Source: Centroscyllium fabricii (lineage: Eukaryota). From it: 64,000 nucleotides of DNA. Of the stretch, positions 1 to 14,603 are shown piece after piece. Under the pieces are notes generated by a model that saw only the letters and a list, made by a program, of their open reading frames with translations, was not told the DNA's origin and did not search any database. The stretch spans positions 38,750,001 through 38,814,000 of the forward strand of contig JBNRSN020000017.1 in NCBI GenBank assembly GCA_051313645.2, given 5' to 3'. Numbering within the stretch: the first letter of the stretch is position 1; each line of letters begins with the position of its first letter. Both the position numbers and the translations under genes were made by a program.

Positions 1-203
1 CCCTATTCTCGGCGTGTTTCAATATGACTGATCCCCTGAGGGGCTCCCAGCCAGCTTCAGGGGATGGGGTATGAAGTGTAACCAGCCACTGAATTCGGTC
101 TGCTTACAGCTTAAGGATGTCGCAATAAAAGGCTTGAATTAGAAATCAAAACATTTGCTGTGTTTGTGTCCGTGGGTTCATGCGGTTGTAGCTGTAATCC
201 GAT

Positions 204-290
204 GATAGACCGGGTTTGATAGACAGGGGTTGACAGACCGGGTTTGACAGACCGGGTTTGATAGACCGGGTTTGACAGACCGGGGTTGAT
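204..290. repeat. 14-bp minisatellite, about 6 copies of GAYAGACCGGGTTT
   Basis: Six consecutive 14-mers read directly: gatagaccgggttt gatagacaggggtt gacagaccgggttt gacagaccgggttt gatagaccgggttt gacagaccggggtt. Confidence 0.9.
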
Positions 291-3200
291 CTCCCCCCCT
301 GTGCATTCCCCTCTCCAACCTGTAATTCAGCTACTGTGCCCAGAAGTCTCCCCACCACCACCACACCTTTCCTCCGGGGGCCTCTTTAAGCTATTTGATC
401 GCACAGATATAGCAAAAGGGATTGAGTTTGAAAACCCATACGTACTTGTAATCGTTCGCAATGGCCATAAGGTTAAATTAAAATTTAAGTCCAATGACAT
501 GATTACAACAGTTAAACAAATATAATTGCACTTTAATCGGCGTGTACAGGAACAATGAATTGTTGTTTTAGACACGCTTTAAAAGTTTGACAATCAAACT
601 GTAGAATAGCCATGTTCCCCGAGAGACACAGCACCCAATTACAGTTAAGGTTAGTTAGGGCTACCTTTAGGGCTCGGGGGTTAGCCACTTTGGTTAAGGT
701 TTTATTTTAACATTTCATAGAGCTTAATAAAAGGTAACGCCACATCAATGGGGGGGAACCCCCGTATGTGTGCTATGGGGGGGACCAGTTGCTGCCCAAA
801 TGGTGTTGGGGAGGTCCCGAGAACGGCCGGGCTTCCGGAGTAGCAAACCCGGTGCAGAGGCATTTTAACTGAAGGCTGCAGCCGGTGGCAGGGCTGCCTG
901 GGAACCGCTGGCACAAGCTCACATTCTAACCCAGCCGGGCTCCGCAATGTTACAATCCGTCCTTTGTTAGCGCCTCCACATGTAAAACAAAAACAGGGAG
1001 ATTTTTTGCAAAAATGTAAAAATGTGCATTGAGCCTCGCTCTGTCAACAGCCCAGCTGAGAACCATGACAGTGTGTGTCAGCGGCGGAGAAATGTCTCAA
1101 CGTGTTTGCGTGACATTAAATCAAAATGGCGGATATTGAAAGGTTAATGATAACCCAAACACTCAGTCCTGACACCATCAGAGGTAACTGGGAGCCCAGT
1201 GCTCAGCTCGAGACTTTGCATATATTGCATACAAGTGGGTTTGACTATAGTTTGTATCAGCTCGCCTCATTCCATAAATGTCAATACAAATGAGGCGTAT
1301 CCCTCAACATCAGGGTTTTCATAGTCAGATACGTTTTTTTTAAAATCATAGGCAAAGTCAGGGAGTGGAAAATGCTGTTCGACTCTTTGAAACTCGCCTA
1401 GTACCCCAACTTTCCCATCTTTACATCAAAATGCATTTTAAAGTAATTGTCAGACAATTGGAATCAATACTGCCAACTATACCCGATGGTTCGCCGAGCA
1501 AATCATGTCTGTGCCCATGATTTTAATCGTATTCTATTCGTGCCTATCACTATTTATTCTTTTTAATTAAAATACATACGCACCAGAAACGATTTGTTGA
1601 AGAAAATTAGCATTGAAGACCATCTCACTGCTTAATTTGCCCAGTGTTTTGTGCATCGTGTATTATTTTTACGATCACAACTGGACATGTAATCAATATC
1701 CTTTAAATCCTAATCATGGTCTTTATTCCCCATGATGTCGCATTGATGCACATTACACTCTAAATGCGAGTGACAATACCCAGACGTCTTTTTCTCGGAC
1801 TTCAACCATTCATCTTAATTGCACTTTTTAGCTACGCAATGCTGTTGACAAATGTCAAAAAATACATCTTACTGTATCAATTAGATGTATAAGTTACGAT
1901 TTAAAGGGAGCAGGCTGAAAGGGAGAGGGAGAGGGGGAGAAAGCTCTCACATATCAGCAAGTCCCTGCCAGCAAATGATTGCTGATAGCAAATGGCGAAG
2001 AGTTTCGTTTTTAAGGTCAAACCGCTCAACCACAGCGAGGGGCAGGCGGGTGGCTCGCTGCATGAGCAGCGCCAGTAATACTCAACAGCACGCACATGAA
2101 CTGGAAGGACTAGGCTCGAAAATTGAAGGAAGTTGTTACTCCCATGTTTGGTGATCAAGGTGGCACAACTGCCTGAAAGGACCGTGACCTGAATTTGCGG
2201 GTTATGGTTTAAAATCTTAAGCATCGCCAGGAAGAGTTTGCTACACTGTCGATTAATTGCAAAAATGGCCATGAACTAAGCAACAAACATAGCTTACTGG
2301 CAGGTTGCTATAGCACCTATCTCTCATTGATTTATTGAAGACCTCTTCTCGTTGGTCGATTTCAATGCTAATAAAATGACTGCAGTTTACTTGAACAAAG
2401 GGGTAACTCCTCACACAATAAATGCAAGAAAAAACGCCATTTCCAATCATCTTGACACACTGTATTGTTAGGAAATTGAACGGAGGACTTCTGAGAAAAA
2501 CAGCTCTCGATTTATCGCAAATGAGTCATCACTAACCCAATTTTTATTTAATCGTGGGAGTTGGATTGCGACACTTGCCGACCTGCGACCTTCCATTCTA
2601 TCCCATGTGCTTGTCCACGTGTCATGGGTGAGTGGTTGCTCAGCTGACCCCAGTGAGGACGGTTTTGACGGGTGACCTGCTGCGAATCGAGCTGGAACTA
2701 CCTGAAGACTTGTCACGGAGTTCCCTCAAGCCATGAGACTAAATACTTCCAAGTCATCTGGCTCGGTTGGATTCAAATCCTGCAGTTGTCCCTGAGTGCA
2801 CCTACCCACTGCACTACTCCAACCTCCGCAGGTCTCTTTTGAAGATGTCGGGTGGTGGAATATGTATCCAAGTTCAAGGTTCAGGAAGTGAACAGTGCAT
2901 TGAACTTCATTGCCAAGAATCCGTTTCGAAGTTCTTTCAAGACCAGGCAGCAGTAGACCTTGCTCACTATCAGGAAATCAAGCACAAGTTATCATTAGTA
3001 TGGAATTGAAAGATCACTGGACCTTTAATGTATTTACGGGTCCAAAGCTATTACAAATACAGGGAAAGGGCGGCAACAGACCATGAAACCAATCCCATCT
3101 AGATACAACCACTGCACCATTCCTCACCCCTCAAACGCGCATTCTCCCAGAGGATGCAAAAACTGAGGCTAGTTTACGAAAAAGCGAGATATTCCTCTCC

Positions 3201-6200
3201 CACCCTGAAGGCAATCAAGCAAATCTCCGGAGATCGTTATCACCCCACCTAACTAACTTACCCTTAAGAACTGGAAGTATCTGTTACAGTATATTGTGGG
3301 TTGATGGCCCTTTGGTCTAATGAGATATGAATTCTAGTGCTCTTGTTGGACTGATGTAATGTACAGAACCGGCAACAAAGCTATTACTCCAGCCCCTTGC
3401 GTGAAAACATTGGGACTTTGCTGGATTATTCAATAAGTGGCAGATCAAGTGACCGCGTTGAAGGAGAAACCCTCCACAATATTGTATCTGTTCCAACTGA
3501 AACCCGTATTATGAATGGTTAAACATTCAAATAACGTTGAATAATTTGCCTTTTCTGAATTATCAACACATCTTCTTGACAGGCTCTTAGTCATAATTTG
3601 CATATTTTAACGTACAAAACAGCTAAGCACATCGTGGCAGCGATCAAATGAAATACAAGGTCTCAGAAAATGGCGGTTTCTGTCTTGGCTGTTTTACCGT
3701 CTTTATGTTGTTTTTTAATGGAGTAGGTTTTTCGAGTGGTGGAGAAAAAGAAAGACATTTCTCGAGACTACATTTTGATATGGACACTGATACCGTTGAA
3801 AATACTTATGGCTAGTTACTTAAATATATAAAAATGCATCAAATGAAGCATTCAGTCCACACCTGACGTGTCTCATTCATTTTGGATTTAAGTCGTACGT
3901 TGCTGATTTATCCCATTCGAGAGACAAGGACTGCTCTATAGGCTTGGAATTAGACTTGAAATTATCCCCGATATTATAAATAATAGACCATCAACTTTCA
4001 TATTAATACGTGATTGAATGAATCGATCAATTGGAACAGCACATTCACTGCCGCATGCCTTAGCCACCTTGAAAAGCTTCATGCATCATCCGAACTGGTA
4101 AAATGACCCATATTTGTCATATGATGACACGGTGGTTGCTCAGGTCAGCAATTGCGACTAAAACGTTATTTTAAAACTCGAATTCTTCGAAGCTGAATAG
4201 TGTAATTAAAGAGTTAGCGTGAGTCGGCGAAAGGTTGGTAGTCCTGTCTAATGTCGGATTCCGAACTCCGGTTATAAACTGGGTGTGAAAAAAAATTGGT
4301 AAAACTAACAGTTTTGCCAATGAAACCAAATAAATTGAAGAACGTATTAACCACACAAAAAGGCCACGTTTCAATCAAAGATTATCATCCATTATCTGTC
4401 AATAGGTCACTGTCCTATTTAACACATTTTCAATCGGCTTTAACAAGCGTTGGCATCTAATAACGCGGTGCTGCCACATCATCTTTACTTACGTGCAATC
4501 TACACCTTCCATTTGTTCATTCCTATACATTAGGAAATAGCACCGCCATTGAACTCGGCATCTGGACATCATTAAGGCTGTGCATCTTTAATGATGGTTT
4601 ATGGTTGGGTTTCCATACTGGAATGATTTACAAAGAACCAACTGTCCCACTAAGTAGTGATGTCTAAATGCTTTGTAAATGGCTTGACGGTCATACTTCT
4701 GCAGGCTGGAAAGAAGAACCAAAGGCTTCACCTTCCCGCCGTCCATCCTTTCCTCCGCCATTGGTTGAGCCATTGGTATTTTGTGTCACGTGGTGGGAAG
4801 GTTGTATTATGACAACTAAACGAGATGACTTTTTCACTCTCCCCCTGCAATTTGGAACTTGGCATTTGTGGACCGATTTATCAATTAGCCAACTAAATAA
4901 ATAGCAAGCCCAATATAAACCATGCCAACAAACAACTGGAGCAATTTGGCTCATGCACCGGAAATGAATCAATCAGATTGTAATTGGTTTGGGCTGAGCA
5001 CCGTCAACATTGTCCTTTACTATTTCCATCGGGTGTATTAACAATTATCTAAAAATATCCATTTCTGGGATAACATTGGACGGCTGTTTTATTAAATTGT
5101 GATTGAGCTTTGAATTTATGCTTGTATGCATATGAACCTTTGCAAAGGAAGGAAGCTTGTGAGGTTCCCGATACTCTAGAGAAAATGCATTACGTGAAAT
5201 TTCTCTCTATATAAAAATGAAAAAACAAACGCAGTATGTTGGGCACTATCCATGCCCTACAGCTTAAGTGAGAACACCGGAGATGCAATCACGCTATATA
5301 TCATCCATTCACACTCTAGCTCCCAGCAAGATTTTCAGAATGTCACCTTCAGAAAAGATGCTCAAAATTGATGTTTTCACTTACACGTTAGTGGTCATCT
5401 ATCACTAGATAGTCTTACAGTGGTAACATTGACTGAAATGTGGAGAAGGTAACAGTATTTGATGGTGTTTTTTCTTTCATTACAGTTCGTAAGATGGTCA
5501 TTTTCCTAGATCTGTTGATCACTGAGAAGTTCAATTTTGTGAAATTTACAATAAAAACTGACATTTAAACAGGAAGATTATCCAAAAGCCTAGGTATTTT
5601 TCAATACTAGTTATTGCATATAGAGTCAGGTGTCCCAGATTAAGTTAATGCTCAGATGTGGCAGAGGATCAATCCATGGTCATCAGTTGCAACTTGAAGC
5701 AAGGCAATTCTTTACTAAAGCAGGAGGTATTTCTACTTCAAATATAATGGCTTGAGGATCTACAATAGTTATCATCTTATGAAACAACATGATGAATTTG
5801 TCTGAACTACTTCCTTCCAGGAATCCAACAGGTCCTCAGATACCCTGGACCAATCTTACAATTTGGACTCGTGAGCAATGATGAATCAGCCAGAACACAT
5901 CATGTGGAATTTAATGATATTTGGATCCTCAAAAATTCCTGAGGAAATGTGCACACCCCATGCCAAAGCTGTTGTACCTCCAGGCATTGCGAATGCAGAT
6001 GGAAAAACATACCATCTGTTTAATCATAATGACTGAAACTGGGCAACTGCTTAATTTCCATTCTGCAAAGCTATCGTTAACAGTTCGAGTTCCCCATGTA
6101 CAGTAGTGATAGTTGTATCATCACATAATGATAAGAGCACTAATGATCTCTCCAAAGCATTTAATGGCTCCTTCTATTGCTTAGAACAATGTTTACTGTG

Positions 6201-7282
6201 TAGATGAAATGTACAAATTAATTGGTGCTAGAACATATTGGGTGAAGGAGTATGATACACAATTATTGAACCAAAAATTTCAATTCAGACAAAAAAAAAG
6301 TGTGTTATGTACAATTCATTTTATAACATCCATTAAACCAAGTTGTATATAGAGTAGATGCTGGTATTTTGCAATTGTTATATTTGTGCAATGGCGGTCT
6401 CCCTTTACTACGAAACATTGTGACAGATGCTATTAGCTTCACTGTCATCACTGTAGTGCCACCACTTGTAGGCATAATTTTGAGATTGATGCATTGATGT
6501 GTTAATTGAGAATTCATAATGTTCTTTTAATGCAAAGGGGGTTACAAGAAATTATCTTCTGAAGCTGAAGCAAGAATGAAAATGGATTGAGAACTTCTCT
6601 GTGTCAGACGTTCTATGTTAGTTCTATGACTCTTTTAAAATGTGGGCAAATAATTTGTGCAAATCTAATCATTGAGATTTAGAGAAAACCATTCACTGTT
6701 AGTTCTCTTGGAAAAAAAACCATGTAATACATAGCCTCCAACAGAATCATGGCAATATTTTTGGCCCGCTGTTTGATCAGTTCATCGGTCTATAAATACA
6801 ATGAAGGAATGTTCAAATGCAAGCCCAAAAAGCCTTATATTACTCATAGGTCAAAATCCCAGTTAATTATCAGAAGCACTCATCCTTATTTTGTTGAACT
6901 AAAGTAAATAAACTAAATAATTATTTAAAGCAGAAATTCTATGCGGTTCAAAGTGTCCAATTTAAAACATTTTAATTCAAAAGTATGGTGTCAAGATACT
7001 AACGCCAACATGGGAAAGTTGAGTTAAGCCACTTCATAGTTGCAATCATTAGCAAATTTATATAATAATAGAAATGTAATCAAGCTAGTAGATACAATTA
7101 ACATGGTAGTTTAGTACAGTATTTAAGTCACCAATATACAATGCCTGGGCAATGACCAAAACTTGTTGAAATTCTGGTAAATTAGCAGATGATAGCTGAT
7201 GAAGTTGAAAAATGTCTAATTAAAATGAAGTCCTGTAGAAATACTTTGTTATCTTTTTACATTATTGTGTTGGGTTGGTAGA

Positions 7283-7678
7283 GGGCGGCACGGTGGCACA
7301 GTGGTTAGCACTGTTGCCTCACAGCTCTGGAGACCCGGGTTCAAATCCAGCCTCGGGTACTATCTGTGTGGAGTTTGCACATTCTCCCCGTGTCTGCGTG
7401 GGCTTCCTCCGAGTGCTCCGGTTTCCTCCCACAGTCCAAAGATGTGCGGGTTAGGTTGATTGGCCAGGATAAGTTGACCCTTAGTGTTAGGGGGATTGAA
7501 TATGTGGGGTTATGGGGATAGGGTGGGATATGTGTCGGTGCAGGCTCGATAGGGATATGGGGTGAGGGCAGGGGCAGGGTACTGGGTTTGCATGATCAGC
7601 CATGATCTCATTGAATGGTGGAGCAGGCTCGAAGGGCCGAATGGCCTACTCCTGCTCCTATCTTCTATGTTTCTATGT
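7283..7678 (+). mobile_element. tRNA-derived V-SINE (shark HE1-like) with CR1-derived 3' tail
   Basis: A box TGGCACAGTGG, B box GGTTCAAATCC, V-domain GTGTGGAGTTTGCACATTCTCCCCGTGTCTGCGTGGG, tail ending CCTACTCCTGCTCCTATCTTCTATGTTTCTATG. Confidence 0.85.
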
Positions 7679-10559
7679 GCCTCCAATTGAATGATCTTTT
7701 TTCCTTACCCACTGAATATGGGTTGGAGAGCAACCATTGTTTGTTTCAATGCCAAAGAATATCAAGTGATTCAAAAAATAAATCACCTATTTGCTTATAA
7801 GCAAGTTTAAGTCATAGAATTAATAACTCAATTAATTTTTTAATGAATTAAGAAGCTGACATGCTCTGAGCATCTTATTGCCTCTCATAGTAGATTCCCT
7901 GAGAGTTAGTGGATTTTAACAGGAAGGAGAAAACTCAAGACTAGATGGAAAGTTAATCACAAAAAGAGACAGAAGCACCGGGTATCAGTTTAGAAGAACT
8001 GCAATACCTCACATGGATTATGACATTTACTGTTGATCAGAGGAGATGATATGAGAGTTTTTGCAGCCTTTGATCCATATTATTTTAGCACCATAAACAA
8101 TGTATGAGTTGCACATGTCTAAGGTGAAATGATGCATACATGCTTTGCTAACTGTAAATGTACAAGAATTCATTTAAATTAATTACAAGTAATCTTTCTA
8201 TTTAACTGATCATGATATAATTAACAAACTTTCTGATCATAATATAGATCCTGTTATTGTTCATGGAATCAATTATTCTTTACTATGTTCCATCCAATAT
8301 GATGAGGCTTAAGAACAAATGCTGAAAAGTATTAGTCCAAATACTAAGTCAACTCTACTGACACTCTGTTGTTTTAGATTAAACTTCATGCTCAGTGTCC
8401 CTTCATTAAACACGTTGAATGTAAAAGTTCTGAATTCTATCCTTGTTCGTGGACTAGAACTTATAATGCAATAGCTACTAACATGGTTCACTCAGCACTA
8501 ATATATGCACATTAATGTTAAGAAAGGGCAATATTCTTGTTCCTTCTTTTCTAATATGAAGATGTATGTACCTAAAATAAAGTTATGTTATTGTCAGGGT
8601 TGTGTAGCCAAACTGCTAGGTCATCATTTCCAGTAATTTAAAATGACATCATATGGCTTATATTGACACTAAAGCAAGTATTTACCTATATCATGTAACT
8701 GTCATGAGAAGAACAGGATCGTCTGCTTTGGAATGAGTCTGCATTTATTTATGAACAGTCAGGCTATGTTTACAATATCCCTGCCAAGTTTGACATGCTG
8801 AGTATTTCATAATAAATTCAGCAAACTTCAATTACCCTGATACTATGCTGAAGCCGACTGTTCCAGGGCAGATAATTGCAAGAAATATTTCAGTGAAATA
8901 TAAACATCCATTAATAAGTGCCAACCATATAACCCATTGAATGACTTAAATAAAAATAGGTGTTACCATTAATAAAAACAATGAATTCAAATCCTGTTGT
9001 ATTCGTGGGCCTCTGCACTGATAGTTACTAATCCTGGTGCTAAGATTCGCTGACCATTGATGATATTTTGCTTGTACTGTGTATATTTGCTTGCTATGTA
9101 TTTTATTCGGTGTTGGGCTTTTTATTGTATGCAAACTTAACCTTTTGCTTGCAAACCTTTTAGATTGATGACTCCAAACATCCCCGGAAGGCCAACAGTA
9201 ACAAACCACAGGAAGACTAGCTGTTATTACAGTGACGGCATGTGTGAGTAGGTGCATTGAAGATCCATGTAGAATACCAATAATATCAAACAGTATGCTG
9301 GGTCAGGGAAAAGACTGCAAGACCAGGCCATAACATGCCTTGGATGCTAACAATACAACTCGCAAGGTTCAACCTTCTCTTAGCCAGTTAGCCACGTGTT
9401 AATCGTGGGGTGACGACTACCTTTCCCATCATCACATCAAAAAAAACATTTTTCGCCAGGTACATTATTCACCTATTGCTATTAACATTTCCCATTCGGT
9501 TCAGAAGTGGGAGTGGGCACCAGAATAAATGTTTATTACATTTATACATTCTCTTTTAGACACGTGTAAGCATTGCGATTAATTGTTGCATTCAATAGGA
9601 AGTATTTTAAATCATTAAAGCATACCGGACGTACGCAACAATAGTTGGACATTTCGTCAGTGGCCGATATCCTAATATGGGCACGCTGTGTCAGAAGCAT
9701 GTTGAGTGTTGATAAATTCGAGTCGAGAGCGATGAGGAGGGGGATGGGGTGAGCTGCGCTTTTTCAGCGACTAGGTTGCCTCTCCCAAGCGGCTTGTCTG
9801 AAATCCCTCCATTTCTGATTCGTGCCAATGGATTTTTTTTTGTCTCTTAGGTTTTGCAGTTTAAAAAAAAAATCACCACTCAGAGAGATGGGCATCTTGG
9901 AAGTTAACTTGCGTTAATATCAGTGCGAGTTGCCTTCAATCATTCATTTGAACTTAATTCCCATATAAGGCTTCTGTTTACCTTCTGTAACTAACTGCAC
10001 AGCGATGGTAAAAAAAATAATCGATGCTCATTGATTGATATTTCTCATATGTATTTAGGTTAGGTGAAACATAAGCCCATGGACAGCAAAGCAAAACTTG
10101 TTACCGCGGTATTGTGTTCTGAAGGCTTTCCTATTTTGAATACTGAATGCTGGCAGTCACAGCTAGAAATTGGCAATGCCCTACCAGAAGGAGCCATGGT
10201 TGCTGTCTGAATGAGGAAGAGTATTGTGTGCTCCTTTCAAAGGTTCTATCATGTAACACTCCACCATAATGGACAACACTAAATGACAAGTCACTGAGAC
10301 AAATGAACATTGACTAACATGATAGCACGGTGCCAGAATCATTAATATTGCCATGATCGTGCATCATATATTGGGAGGGGGGTGGGGGGTGGCAGGCTGA
10401 CTAACGGTCCCATATACTTCACAAAATCCGCGCACAATAGAGTAAGATTGTGTCAGTCAGTGTTAGTTATCTGGGAGTAGGTGAAATGAACTGTGACGCG
10501 CTTTGATGCAAGTCAGGAATGGAGCAGGTTTCTCAAAGAACGCAAGACATTTCTAGCCC

Positions 10560-11156
10560 GATGCATAGCCAATTGGAAAAGGACACGATAGACATTTGCA
10601 CATCGCAGTGGAACAGCCCTGCGAGCCCGGGGAATTACATTGTTTAGATGCGAGGCAATAGTCCCAATTAGGAGAAAAAGGGAGAGGGAGGGGGAACGCA
10701 CAACCTTCGGGTGTTAATTTTCATGTCGTCCGTTCTTAATTTGGGGGAAAAAATCATTTATCTTTCTGCCATTACCATACAAGGCTGCGTCTTGCCCGTA
10801 TTTGGTGCTGTAGTTAGATTCTCTGACCTCAGGCGGGGCTGAATTGACTGACAGCTCAAGCTCCTGACGCCACAGCGTTTTGTTGGTGCGCTTTTGCGTT
10901 GCCGGTTCTGGTGCAGAGTGAGAGAGGGAGAGAGAGAGAGAGAAGAAGAAATATCTCTGACCACGGAGTGTACAGCCAAGGGTGGGAGGGGGGGCGGGGG
11001 ACAGAAAAGCCCGCTCGGAAAGGGAGCCACAACAAACCAGAATATAACCCCCCCCCCCACCCTACAAAAGCAGAGCGGAGCCTGCAGACGGGGAGGAGAG
11101 CGCGGCGGTGAAGCGATCTGCAGTTAGCGGAAGGTCAAGCGGCTCCTCGCATCGCT
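10560..11156 (+). promoter_or_regulatory. CBX4 proximal promoter / 5' UTR region
   Basis: CpG- and GC-rich stretch directly upstream of the ATG, with CCAAT motifs (~10569, ~10664), GC boxes GGCGGGG (~10832, ~10992) and a (GA)n tract ~10920-10945; TSS not determinable. Confidence 0.55.
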
Positions 11157-11225
11157 ATGGAGTTGCCGGCCGCAGGGGAGCACGTCTTTGCCGTGGAGAG
11201 CATCGAGAAAAAGCGGATCAGGAAG
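11157..11225 (+). CDS. CBX4: CBX4 exon 1 (chromodomain N-terminus MELPAAGEHVFAVESIEKKRIRK)
   Basis: Matches the vertebrate CBX4 N-terminus; 69 nt, followed by donor GTAAGT. Confidence 0.96.
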
Positions 11226-11340
11226 GTAAGTGTGAGCAGCCTCCAGCTCACCTCCCCGCTAATCCCGGCACCGGATCGATCAGTCCCAGTGCTGTCTCTG
11301 CTTTTCAGTCACGGACGCTCTGTTCATTTTTTTTCCACAG

Positions 11341-11384
11341 GGCAGAGTCGAATACCTGGTGAAATGGAGGGGATGGTCTCCCAA
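11341..11384 (+). CDS. CBX4: CBX4 exon 2 (GRVEYLVKWRGWSPK, chromodomain)
   Basis: Acceptor ttttttccacAG, 44 nt, donor GTGAGT; chromodomain aromatic-cage Trp residues present. Confidence 0.96.
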
Positions 11385-11421
11385 GTGAGTCCCATTTTTT
11401 ATCTCTTTTTTTTAGATATAC

Positions 11422-11426
<5 letters not shown>

Positions 11427-11451
<25 letters not shown>
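11427..11451. repeat. (TG)n microsatellite in CBX4 intron 2
   Basis: About 12 TG units read directly. Confidence 0.9.
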
Positions 11452-11452
<1 letters not shown>

Positions 11453-11720
11453 GACGATGGAAGAATCTTGGACTCAAGTCATTTCCCTTTTTACAAATGC
11501 CATCAGTGAATTGTTGGGAGACAACCGATGTAACAAAAAAAAATGGCCAATGAGAGTCTTGGAATGTCTTAATGGACTGTGAAACAGATCTGATAGTGTG
11601 TGAATGGAGTGAAAATGGCTTCCCTTGTACGCCGCTTGACTAGCAGCGCTAGTTCATTTTATTTTTCCGCTTGTGGCTCGGTGAGAGGGTTGAACTGAAC
11701 TGCTGGTGTCTTCTTCACAG

Positions 11721-11786
11721 ATACAACACGTGGGAGCCAGAGGAGAACATCCTGGACCCTCGGCTGCTCCTGGCTTTCCAGCACAG
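11721..11786 (+). CDS. CBX4: CBX4 exon 3 ([22 protein letters not shown])
   Basis: Acceptor ttcttcacAG, 66 nt, donor GTAATG; phase continues exon 2. Confidence 0.96.
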
Positions 11787-14603
11787 GTAATGGAAAAGAC
11801 AGCGAGGGGAGAGCAGAAATCTGCCCCTCGGCTGCAAATAGATACATATACATACACACACATATATATATAGATAGCCAAATAATCGACAGGGTTAAAA
11901 GACGAGAGCTTTCGAAAGTAAAGGGCCTGCACAGTTTTGAAATGAAACCAGAATAGAAGGCTTCAGTGTTTCGGTGCAGATGTGGTCGGAACGGCTGGGA
12001 GGTTTGGATATACTATTGAGCAGTTGAAAATCCACAGCTAAATATTTCAAGATAGCCCTTACTGTAAGGCGGGGGGGGGGGGGGAGGGGGGAGAGGATCC
12101 GGATCGGCAGTCAGCTGGTGGGGTTACGGTTCCGACTGAAAATCTGTTTCCTGCCGCTACTCAAGTCGAAATTCTGCAATAAAATGAATTTATAACGTTT
12201 GAGAAATATTGATGGAATCAATGCTGGAATATAAAAGTTTAAAAAAACAACAACTCGTCTTTTAACCACTGACTGCAATAGTGATGTGACGGCTGGTGCG
12301 ATGTTACATATCGTAGCTAGATAGTGCATTTATCTGCGATGTGAGACTGGTATAGGGAGGTTCTGGGCTGTCAGATCACAGAACGTCCTTCTAACGATGA
12401 TCCGCGATGTTCCTGGTTCCAGTGGGCCCCTCCACACTTCTGCTCTCCGGTGCACCTGCTGACGCACAAGTCTCATTTTAAAGGGGCCACGCATATTTTA
12501 AATAGCGCTGCAACCTGGAAATAAAATGGGAAGGACCCGCAGAGTTGCGAATCCTTTTTAATTAGGTACACGCTAATCGATCTGACTGGTTAGTTGCTCA
12601 CAGGGTTGCCATAGCTGCCTGCAATCATGTGAATAAATATAGTGAAGTCACGCTGCGTGTAACAGGGGAGGAGGGAGAAAAAGTTGCTTATAACTGGACC
12701 TCAGTGAAACATGAATAATTGGACTAGCAGCTAAATCAATAACGCGTTATTTTTTTTAAAGAGGCTTGCATCTTTGCATATAGGCGAAGGTGACTGATTA
12801 CCTTCCTTTAGACTTAATTAAAGGGACACAGCCGCACAAGGGGAGGGTCGGCGATTGCAACTGTGGGCTGCAGCTACTCAAAAACAGCTAAGCATGGGCC
12901 TTTGCATATTCTAACTGAGTTGTAGGAGCGCACCATAACCGCAATAAAATCGCATTACTTGGTGTAAAAATACAAATTAAGTAATAACAAAGTACACGGT
13001 TTTTAATGAATGAATTACTCAAGCACAAGTAAGAGACGCTGTACTTGATAGGTGGCATCACAGGCCTTTGGTCATAAAAATGCAACAGTCTGATCTCAAA
13101 TAATTCAACAGTACAACTTCACACTGATAGAGATTTAATACAAAGCATTGCAGTCATATGCAGCAAGAATACAGTTGTCAAAAACAACTGATGCATGTTA
13201 TATGGGTTACTTACTTAAACCCCTTTAACGATGTGGCAGGAGAATAGTATGAGAATCACAAGAAATGTTTGTGAACTGTACAAAAGAGCCAAAGAGAAAA
13301 TAAGGGAGCTGTTCCCATGGCTTGTAGTTAGCATTATATATCCTTTTTGAGTGTGCACATTATATCACAATAAAAGAACAATTATTAGCAAACTGATGTG
13401 AACTGGTAAAATATCTCTTACTTTAGGGATTCATTTCCTCACATTTTGACTGGACATATTGCTGTGTGGTTCTGTGGTACAGCTGAAGTAGCTCTAACAT
13501 TAGTATGATGGACAGCTAAGTGAACGCTCACAAAGTATTAATTTCCATGTACTTTGGAGGAATTTACTGTTAATATTCATTATGTATGTGTAAAATGTGG
13601 AAATTAGTACAGAAAGGCATATAATAAATTGGAATATGAGCAGTAAATGTGGCAACGTTTCCAACCTGGGGAGATGTAGGAACAGGAAAGGCTAATCAGC
13701 ATATGTAGGCCTGGCCAGATTTGGCCATTAAGTCATGTTCCTTCCTCAAACCCAAATCTAATCTTTGTTGAGTATGGAATCTATCCAATTCCATTTTGAA
13801 TGTTTCAATGGATTTGGTGCTTACTGTGCTGGGTAACACTCTAAACCATAAGTTGAAGGACTCTAAGCACAAGGAAGTTATTCCTTGTACTAGGTTTTGC
13901 TAATGGCTTCCTAAGTTTATAACAAGCCTTTGGGAATGTGTATGGTGGCCTTGCACAGAACCATTACACCCATCCCATCATAATAACTTCAACTATTTTT
14001 CCAATGAAAATAGATTTAGTTCATTAACCCCTCTTCAAAGCTCAGTGATCTGAAATCTAGAATCATTTTTTTTCCCGTTTTCCCAATATTTTCCAGGCAC
14101 AACTGGAAACAATGTTCACTCTGAATGTCCTCTCACTAAGGGTTTATAAAGCATTAATATTGTTATAGTCTATTGTGTAGATGGTTTAATTTTAATTTAG
14201 ATAAACTGTTTCCTTTAATAAAGAAGACTGTATCCTTCTGGATATAAATTTTAAGTCAGGAGTCGGGACCCCACCCCAGCCCAGCCAAAGAATGTAAAAC
14301 TTTACTCATATATTCTGGAACAATGTATCTTTGCAGTGCTATGTGACAATCTAGTCACTCAGTTGGCTATGCAAATGTAAAGATTTCATAAAAATTGTCA
14401 GAGCACATAATGACTTTATATGTTTTTAATTTAAAAGTATTTTTCATCATATTAGGATGTTGCAGGTTATATACAAAATACAGAGCAACCAAGCATCTTC
14501 AGTCTTTTTGGGAGTGGCGTAGAAAACATTTCTCAAACTGATCATTAATTTCATAGGTATTTATTACAATGACTTTAATGCTAACCTTTATCTATGATTA
14601 CAG

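Noticed and set aside
600-954. TGT..ACA segment as a solo LTR
   Set aside because: Flanks CAAAC and ATCCG give no TSD; no PBS or PPT
7283-7355. tRNA genes at the SINE heads (also 38413, 40732, 59962, 60066)
   Set aside because: A/B boxes run straight into the V-domain and LINE tail; no complete acceptor stem or terminator
11157-11582. 141-aa ORF as a single-exon protein
   Set aside because: Read-through of CBX4 exon 1 into intron 1; splice sites give the proper chromodomain
12068-12092. G-run as a functional G-quadruplex (also 41747-41770)
   Set aside because: Simple homopolymer, error-prone in sequencing; no independent support
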